Below, piece by piece: positions 57,070 to 64,000 of a stretch of 64,000 bases of DNA. The stretch spans positions 32,001 through 96,000 of the forward strand of contig JAHLVW010000062.1 of NCBI GenBank assembly GCA_019058275.1. Reading direction: 5' to 3'. A program made the position numbers and the translations under genes. Origin of the DNA: Candidatus Heimdallarchaeota archaeon (GTDB lineage: Archaea; Asgardarchaeota; Heimdallarchaeia; JABLTI01). The notes under the pieces are model-generated. The model saw nothing but the letters and a program-made list of their open reading frames with translations, did no database searches and was not told the DNA's origin. Position 1 is the stretch's first letter. Each line of letters starts with the position of its first letter.

Positions 57070-58482
57070 TTGATAAAATGTAAAAGAGAGTTATGGCTCA
57101 GTTCAATTTCATTTTTATTTATTGTACTGATTTTAACAAGTGGATTTTCTAAAACTATGCAGTTAAGTAATTCGAAAATTATTCATAATAAACAACCTGA
57201 GAATAATCAACCATCAATAAATAATTTGATATCTATTGAAGCTTCTAATAAATTAATTATTGACAATGAAAAAGCATACCTTTTTGATTGGGCGAGAATA
57301 AACGTTTTTGATTTGAAAAATCCAAAAAGTCCAAAATTTCTTGTTAAAATTGATGATTTGCTTTTTTATTATCAATCAGTTATTGATATTGAAGATTCAA
57401 TATTATACTCGTTAAAAATTGAAAAATTTAACAATTCATTTATTTTTTGCTTAAATGCTAACAATTTAAGTGATATTAGTAATCCATCTCAAACAACAAA
57501 GAATGTTTTATTTGAATGTGAAATTCTAAATATTGAAGATTGTAACATTTTTGTTAAAGATGATTTATTAACAGTTGTATTTTTCTCTGAATATAATTGT
57601 AATTACAATGTTAGTATAATTAAAATCAATTTTATGGATAAGTTAAATCCTTATCTAATAAGCAATAGTACTGTGCAATTTAATTTAGATTATAATTTCT
57701 CAAATCCAAAATTATATACCATTTATAACAAGCACAATTCAATTATCACTGATGATTCAGTATATATCTGGAGTCAATATTATTATTATGAAGAGAGTGG
57801 CTCTAGAAGAACAATCCTTTACGGATTTTTAAAGCACTTAGATTTAACTAATGTTTCATCTATAACTCAAAACGAGTTGTTGAATTTTAATGACAAATAT
57901 TATGAAAATATCCTGAAAAATGATAATCATTTGTTTTTCTTACGAGAAGATGGTTTTGATGTCTACAATGATTCGAGTTTAAATGATAATGAAAAGTTAT
58001 CTAGTTTTACTGCTAATGATACACCAAATTTATGTCTTTTTCACGACTCAATACTTTTTCTTTTATGTTGGGAATCTGTAATTGTTCTAAATATTTCGGA
58101 TATAATAAATATAAAAAAGATCGATAGATATAATTTAGTAGGTGGGGATAAACCAGGTCAATTTACAGATGGTTTATTTGAAAATAACTATCTGTATCTG
58201 ACAAAAACAGCATATTTTCATTATGAAAGAACTTATTTTTTCTTTGAAGTGGAAGAAAACTATCACATTAGCAAAGTTTATCCTAATGGTATAATTTTAT
58301 CTTATGATTTTAAAGTAAATGTATTACCATTTATCATTATAACAGGCATAATCATAGGTTGTTTGTTTGTCATTGTTTTACCTGCAACAGTGTTGATAGT
58401 TTATTCAATAAAGAAGAAAAGGAAGGTCATTACTAAGGATGCTGAATTAGCTGTAGCAATTTCAGATACAAGTGAAAACTAA
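57070..58482 (+). CDS. Surface protein with LVIVD-like repeats and C-terminal TM
   Basis: Signal peptide; INVFDLKNPKSPK, LSDISNP, VIVLNISD repeats; C-terminal TM plus KKKRK. Confidence 0.7.
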   Translation: MIKCKRELWLSSISFLFIVLILTSGFSKTMQLSNSKIIHNKQPENNQPSINNLISIEASNKLIIDNEKAYLFDWARINVFDLKNPKSPKFLVKIDDLLFYYQSVIDIEDSILYSLKIEKFNNSFIFCLNANNLSDISNPSQTTKNVLFECEILNIEDCNIFVKDDLLTVVFFSEYNCNYNVSIIKINFMDKLNPYLISNSTVQFNLDYNFSNPKLYTIYNKHNSIITDDSVYIWSQYYYYEESGSRRTILYGFLKHLDLTNVSSITQNELLNFNDKYYENILKNDNHLFFLREDGFDVYNDSSLNDNEKLSSFTANDTPNLCLFHDSILFLLCWESVIVLNISDIINIKKIDRYNLVGGDKPGQFTDGLFENNYLYLTKTAYFHYERTYFFFEVEENYHISKVYPNGIILSYDFKVNVLPFIIITGIIIGCLFVIVLPATVLIVYSIKKKRKVITKDAELAVAISDTSEN

Positions 58483-58486
58483 TATT

Positions 58487-59110
58487 TTACTCTTTTATTT
58501 CAAAATACTTTTGCTTATAATATCTCGAGTAAATTACTGCTGCAGGATTGTGTGTTGTTACTCTATCTTTCACAATTAGAATTGTTGTTGGAGCTTTTGA
58601 ATGTTTATTGAAGTTTATGTCATGTCCTATGCATAAACCCACAACAATATTTAGATCTGTTTCTTTGGAGTTCAGAAAATAAGCTTGCCCAACTGGGTTG
58701 CATCCAACTTCCTCTGCAGTAGAGAAAGTATCTTCATCAGGTATATCAAGTTCCTTTTTCTGTAAAGTTCCTATTGTACATATTCCTGTTACAACTTCAA
58801 AGTTATTCTTCTCAAGAATTTTAGTTAATACTTTAGCTTCTGCTTGTAAACCTATACAAAATGCTATACCCAATCGTTTATATCCCATTTTATTTGCGAA
58901 AACAATTAATTCCTTGACTCTAGGCCATTTCATATATCCAGTGACTTCTACATGAGCTGCTGTTTGAGATATTCTTCTTATATCTGGTTTTTCATATTCC
59001 TTCCTTGCTTCATCAAACACTGTTTGATCATCAACGGATGGGCATCTATTTGGTGCTTTTTTCAAATCATTCTCTTGACATGCTAGTATTGTACATTTTG
59101 AGCATTGCAT
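58487..59110 (-). CDS. DUF1847-family Cys-rich metal-binding protein
   Basis: CSKC, LGIAFCIGL, CNPVGQA, GLCIGHD, VKDRV..HNP. Confidence 0.92.
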   Translation of the reverse strand: MQCSKCTILACQENDLKKAPNRCPSVDDQTVFDEARKEYEKPDIRRISQTAAHVEVTGYMKWPRVKELIVFANKMGYKRLGIAFCIGLQAEAKVLTKILEKNNFEVVTGICTIGTLQKKELDIPDEDTFSTAEEVGCNPVGQAYFLNSKETDLNIVVGLCIGHDINFNKHSKAPTTILIVKDRVTTHNPAAVIYSRYYKQKYFEIKE

Positions 59111-59130
59111 TTACATTTCCCTCATGAAAT

Positions 59131-61217
59131 TTAAATTAGATATTCCTCAACAATTTTAGTAATTTGATAATCTCGATATTCGTTTATTTCAACTACACTA
59201 TGATCTATTTTCTTAAAGAATTTTTCTTGGTGTAGTTTGAAAGCTAATTCACGAAGTTTTTCTCTTAAAAGAAATGTTTCTCTCGAGACAACAAGTGCTA
59301 TAAAACTCTCTGTACCAGTTTCTAACATAATTGATATGTCTCCATGATCTATTAGCTTTAATCCACCTTCTTTTGCTTCAAGAATAGTTTGACCCATAGT
59401 ACGGATTGCTGAAAGCAATCCTGAAAGTAGATTTGGATCTATTCTTTTCTGTTCACCAAATTCCTTTTGGTAGAATGATAATCCAGTTTTCTTTGAGATA
59501 ATATACAATGCTTTTATTTCAGCTTCAACTGTTTTTGGTTTAGTTACACTTTCGAAAGAAATAGTGTTACGAATAGATTGGTTTATTCTAGTGAAAATTC
59601 TAACAAGTATGCTTTTCTTTTACAATTTCCTTTAGTTGATTTCTTGCTTCTTGTTCCTTTTCAGGTAAGTTTAATTCTTTGGCTAAATTGATTGCTTCAT
59701 CTAATACTTTCTTATTATCCTTTTGCTGGTTATTCATAGACAGAAGTAAACTTTGTAAGATAAACACATCAATTAAAACCAATTTGTAGTCTTGCTCTAT
59801 ACATAATTGCCTTGTATCTTCTATTTTTCTTAATGCATTTGCAATAAGTATAGACTCATTTGTCTTCCTATATCGAAGTAAATCAATCTCTGCAAGCTGA
59901 AGTTTGGCATTAACAATTATCTCGAGTAAATTGTTTTCATAAGCAATTTCCAAAGCATCTTGCAAGAATTTACTTGCTTCACCTAAATTTGATTGTCTTG
60001 CAGATAACCTGACTTTTTCTAAGAAATACTTTGGATGATTCATTGGTCAGATTAGCTTCATTAATATCAATTAACGCTTCATCTAATATCTTATCAGCAT
60101 CATTAAATTGATCAAGATTTTCATATATATCAGCACGACACAAATCTAGTGTAATCTTAATTTGTGGTGGAATAGGCACTTTACTTTTGTTAAGGTTTTC
60201 TAAAGCAATTTCTGAATTAGATAAAGCAAGTTTTGGATTACCAAAATCAAGATGAAGGTGAGCAATATTTGTTTCAGAAGCAACAATATAAAGAGAAATA
60301 TTAGCTTTCTTTGAATTCTCTAATGCAATGTAGAAGTATTTCATAGCACTCTCAATATCACCCATATTTCTGTAGATAAAGCCAATATTATTGGCACTAA
60401 TTGCTAGCTGCACCTCATTTGCTAATATTTGAGAAAATTTGAAGTGTTCTTCAAGATACCCAAGACCATCTTTCAAATTCCCACTTTCAATCAGACAAAG
60501 AGCAGTATTATTCAATAATCTATTCAGCAAATACCTGTTTTGATTTTTCCTAATAAGATAGATTAACTCATTACCTATAGTCGCACCCTCTTCCAAATTG
60601 CCCTCTCTTCTTCTCAAATTGATTAATATGGACTTTCCTAATGCATATGCTTCAGTAATTGCTATTAGTAGATTATCATCAGTAGAATATCTATCACACA
60701 ATTCCCTGTAAAGATGAGTAAAATTCTCTATTTCATTTGGAATCTTATCAAAATCTTGTGAGTAATAATAAAATAATAATCGATTTGCATTAGCTAATAA
60801 GAAGTTATATGGATCAATATGCTGAGATAGCTCATTTGCTTTCTCTATTATTTTTTTTACTTCATCAAATTTTCTTTGTGAAATTAGAGTATAAGCTTCT
60901 ACATTAAATAAACCTGGATGTAAATCATCCAACGACACTATCTCGAAAACTTTGTTATATTTTCCTTGAATCTGATAAGCATTAGCAGCTAAAAATAAGA
61001 ACTCAGAATTTCTGGTAATTATTCCTTTTCTTTCGTAAAGTTCAATTATTCCATCTAGAAAGTTCTTAAGCTTATCCACCCCACTTTTGGAAATCTTTTG
61101 AACATGTGTAATAATTGCTTCTCTGAAGTTATCTTCTAAACGCCAATAATGTACGAGTAATTCATTGGGCCAAAGGTTTAGTATTTCCATTTGCTTAACC
61201 ATAGAAATTGAATGCAT
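59131..61217 (-). pseudogene. TPR + C-terminal longin protein broken by two frameshifts
   Basis: Three ORFs join into ~690 aa; shifts at the A5 run 60014-60018 and near 59610; tail TGLSFY...DPNLLSGLLSAI. Confidence 0.75.
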
Positions 61218-61298
61218 ATATTTTGTTTCAACTAGAAATAATAGTTTTATGTTTGATGTGAAGAAAAGAAAAAATTACAAACTGAGTTTGTGTTTGCT

Positions 61299-62114
61299 TC
61301 ATATTGGTTTCGTTTTTAGATTGGTTATATCTCTAATAATTGTTACAACCTTTTTTGTTTCACCATTTGTTACTTGTACAGGAATAGCTTGAGATTGAAA
61401 CCAACGGACCATATTCTCAATTGGCAAATGGTATTCCATTGTAACAATAGTATTCTTTTCTATAGCTTCAATACAATGTGATAAAAAGAAATCAGCTTGA
61501 CCTTTGGGAAAAATTTCATCGAATTTTATACCAATAATTTCTGCTTTTGGTTTATATAGAAATCTATTATCTACATTTGGTGAAACAAATAGGATTCTTC
61601 CTTCTTCATTTACAATCATAATGAGTGCATCGAATGTATCAAAGAATTCTCGAAATGTCTCAACTTCTTTTTCAATGGTCTTATATTCAGAACTTTGAGT
61701 TGATTCACTATCTACCACTTTCAAAGATTCTTGAAAAATTCCTCTAATGAAAATCGTGTCACCATCAATATCTGCTTTAATACTTGAATTCACGAGCATT
61801 GGATTGCCATCTTTCCTTTTTAGAAGAAATTGCTGATTATTAACTACTAATGATCCATTTTTAGTTATACGTTCAAGAATTTGTATATTATCTACAGTCA
61901 TCTCAGGATTCATTAATAATTCAAAAATATTAAATTCTGAATCAAGTTTCTCTTTAGGTAAAATCATACCAAATAATTCTTTAGCTACATTATTTAGATA
62001 ATTAAATTTCCCCATTTTGGATGAATATGAATATTCTAATTCAAAAATTGCTACCGGAATATTTTCCAGCAAATGGCTAAGGTCATCGAAATTTATATTC
62101 AGTTCTTTTGTCAT
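61299..62114 (-). CDS. Tandem PAS-domain protein without output domain
   Basis: LENIPVAIF..YLN..A..LFG...RKDG; DTFDALIMIVNEEGRILFVSP...IRDIT. Confidence 0.88.
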   Translation of the reverse strand: MTKELNINFDDLSHLLENIPVAIFELEYSYSSKMGKFNYLNNVAKELFGMILPKEKLDSEFNIFELLMNPEMTVDNIQILERITKNGSLVVNNQQFLLKRKDGNPMLVNSSIKADIDGDTIFIRGIFQESLKVVDSESTQSSEYKTIEKEVETFREFFDTFDALIMIVNEEGRILFVSPNVDNRFLYKPKAEIIGIKFDEIFPKGQADFFLSHCIEAIEKNTIVTMEYHLPIENMVRWFQSQAIPVQVTNGETKKVVTIIRDITNLKTKPI

Positions 62115-62240
62115 TTAAACTCTCTTCACAGACTATCGTTTTATTTAAATTTATATGTCGTGGAAATTGAAAAATCTTTCTCAAAATAAAGAAAAAAAGA
62201 GAAAAATGGCTTGAATTATACCATTTTCTTAGCAATTGTT

Positions 62241-62543
62241 CTATTTTCGTATTTTACGTACTAGAATAGGAACAGCTAAAAAACCTAATGCAATGAAAGT
62301 GATAAACCATTCATATCCTGGTAGACCTGCTCCTGGACCTAAAACAAAATCCCCTAAATTGTAATTTTCTAATTCAATGTGATAATCTAATTCAAGAGAT
62401 ATATCCTGTCCAGTATGTGTACCATCAGCTAATGATTTTAGTTTCAAACTTTGCATAACACCTGAAGCTAGATTGTAAACAATTTTGAATTGATGTTCAA
62501 TGTCATAATTGAAAATGTATGTACTTGCTGTATAATCCATCAT
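62241..62543 (-). pseudogene. C-terminal fragment of a surface protein with PGF-CTERM-like sorting signal
   Basis: No signal peptide; ends LPGYEW + TM + RKIRK. Confidence 0.5.
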
Positions 62544-62817
62544 TGAACAACTAAAGAAGGCACATGAAATACTCTCTCGTTAATCTATAGAAAATTGATT
62601 TGGGACTTTGCGATTTTGTTAGAGTTACAAAGTCACTATAAAGCTTGGCTAAGGGATAGCATAGTTACTACTCACTGAGCATACTCAATGAAAAGACTTT
62701 TTTACTGAAAAAAACCATTAATCAGCAATAGGTCTTAATATATAGATCTAACAATATACAGGGCTAACATCCAATGCAACAAGCAATTTTTGATTTAATG
62801 ATAATGGACGATGAAGC

Positions 62818-64000
62818 ATGATTAAGAAAATAGTTTTTCTTGAACCGAAAACTGAAAAAAAGCATATATATTCTAAATTTGATCTCCCAAGACTCGGCAA
62901 TATTATTTTAGCAACCATTATGAAGAACAAGAACTGTGATGTTAAAGCTTATTTCTTGGAGGAAAGTGAAATTTACAGTCGATTTGATGGTAATCTTATG
63001 GTTGATTTGATGGCAATCTCAACAATTACTGCAACTGCATTAGTTTCATTCCGACTTGCTGATTACTTTAGATCGAAAGGAATCAAGGTTGTTATTGGAG
63101 GACCACATGTCACATTCAACCCAAAAGAAGCTTTAGAACACGCAGACTTTTGCATTATGGGAGAAGGGGAAAAATCTTTACCTATGCTTGTTGATGCTTT
63201 AAATAATCAAACATCATTAAAAGAGGTCCCAGGTTTAGCATGGAAAGATGATCATAAGGAAATTATTATTAATGAAATAGCCAAACCGATAGATAATTTA
63301 GATTCTATTCCTTATCCAGACTTTACCCTCCTTGACTCAGGTGGTAAAGTCAAGAGCATCGGTAGTGGTGGAAGGAAAGATATAATACCTATTCAAACTT
63401 CGAGAGGATGTCCTTTTGGATGCACATTTTGCTCAGTAACGCCAATGTTCGGAAGGAGATTTAGATATCGAAGCGTCCAGAATGTAATTGGAGAGCTGAA
63501 AAAGTATAATCCAAAAAAACACTCCATATTTTTTTACGATGATAATTTCACTTCAAGTGTAAAGAGAGCCAAAGAACTCCTAAGAGAAATGATTAGATTA
63601 GGACTAAATTTTAGATGGTCCACTCAGGTTAGGACGGATGTTGTTAAGGATCCAGAGCTCTTAGACCTTATGGTAAAAGCGGGTTGTAGGCTTCTTTATA
63701 TTGGCTTTGAATCGATCGATCCAGAAGCACTAAAAGAAATGAAGAAGCACCAATCTGTTGAAGAAATTAAATGGGCTATCAAGGAAATAAGAAAGAGGAG
63801 GATTCATGTCCATGGAATGTTTGTTTTTGGCTTTGATGTCGATACTCTCCAAACATTGCGGGCTACCGTAGATTTTACTATCAAAGAAAAGATTGATACT
63901 GTACAATTTCTCATTTTGACTCCGTTTCCGGGTACAGAATTCTATTCTAGAATGGAGGATGAAAACCGACTCATAGATTATCAATGGGATGAGTATGAGG
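62818..64000 (+). CDS. B12-binding radical SAM protein (3'-truncated by the window)
   Basis: Not in ORF track; ATG 62818, PRLG, IGGPHVT, GEGE, TSRGCPFGCTFC, YDDNF, IGFES, LTPFPGT. Confidence 0.93.
   Translation, partial: MIKKIVFLEPKTEKKHIYSKFDLPRLGNIILATIMKNKNCDVKAYFLEESEIYSRFDGNLMVDLMAISTITATALVSFRLADYFRSKGIKVVIGGPHVTFNPKEALEHADFCIMGEGEKSLPMLVDALNNQTSLKEVPGLAWKDDHKEIIINEIAKPIDNLDSIPYPDFTLLDSGGKVKSIGSGGRKDIIPIQTSRGCPFGCTFCSVTPMFGRRFRYRSVQNVIGELKKYNPKKHSIFFYDDNFTSSVKRAKELLREMIRLGLNFRWSTQVRTDVVKDPELLDLMVKAGCRLLYIGFESIDPEALKEMKKHQSVEEIKWAIKEIRKRRIHVHGMFVFGFDVDTLQTLRATVDFTIKEKIDTVQFLILTPFPGTEFYSRMEDENRLIDYQWDEYE

Noticed and set aside
59605-60020. Programmed ribosomal frameshifting in the TPR-longin gene
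   Set aside because: Two separate shifts are needed, with no canonical slippery heptamer plus stimulatory structure
62647-62700. TPP-riboswitch-like string CTAAGGG...CTGAGCATACTC..TGAA
   Set aside because: Lacks the conserved CCUGA and AGGGA halves, and no thiamine gene is adjacent
495-63984. Short antisense or overlapping ORFs in the track (e.g. 495-734, 2098-2451, 8666-9151, 19847-20095, 43572-44099, 62748-62930, 63730-63984)
   Set aside because: Shadows of well-supported genes; no motifs or RBS
1-64000. CRISPR arrays, tRNA/rRNA, transposases, integrases, reverse transcriptases
   Set aside because: No repeat-spacer periodicity, no GC-rich cloverleaf or rRNA-like tract, and no matching protein motifs seen

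Overview
AT-rich (roughly 30% GC by eye), gene-dense archaeal chromosome. The gene content points to an Asgard archaeon, most likely Heimdallarchaeia-like (inference): a Rab-like small GTPase, a folliculin/SMCR8-like DENN protein, four other longin-containing proteins, NucS, Mtd, AOR and a class I GAPDH. About 60 protein genes are supported. Four of them are absent from the supplied ORF track: two partial edge genes and two small membrane proteins. I found no rRNA, tRNA, CRISPR array or transposase. Metabolic genes include LeuCD/HacAB, a mevalonate decarboxylase plus kinase pair, FTR/glutaredoxin/ferritin-like/2-oxoacid:ferredoxin oxidoreductase, Mtd, GAPDH, AOR and a B12 radical SAM enzyme. 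At least five genes are disrupted. The most interesting candidates are: (i) a DENN protein that keeps the folliculin 'D-x-x-ARG-x-x-R' arginine-finger motif; (ii) a 71-aa soluble protein that aligns without gaps to the SNAP-25 C-terminal Q-SNARE motif; (iii) a divergent TGT plus stand-alone DUF5591/ArcS-like gene pair; (iv) a longin-membrane-anchor fusion split by one in-frame TGA, followed by a tail-anchored microprotein; (v) a three-hairpin candidate ncRNA at 5231-5379. All family calls come from motif recognition and recalled reference sequences, not from database searches.
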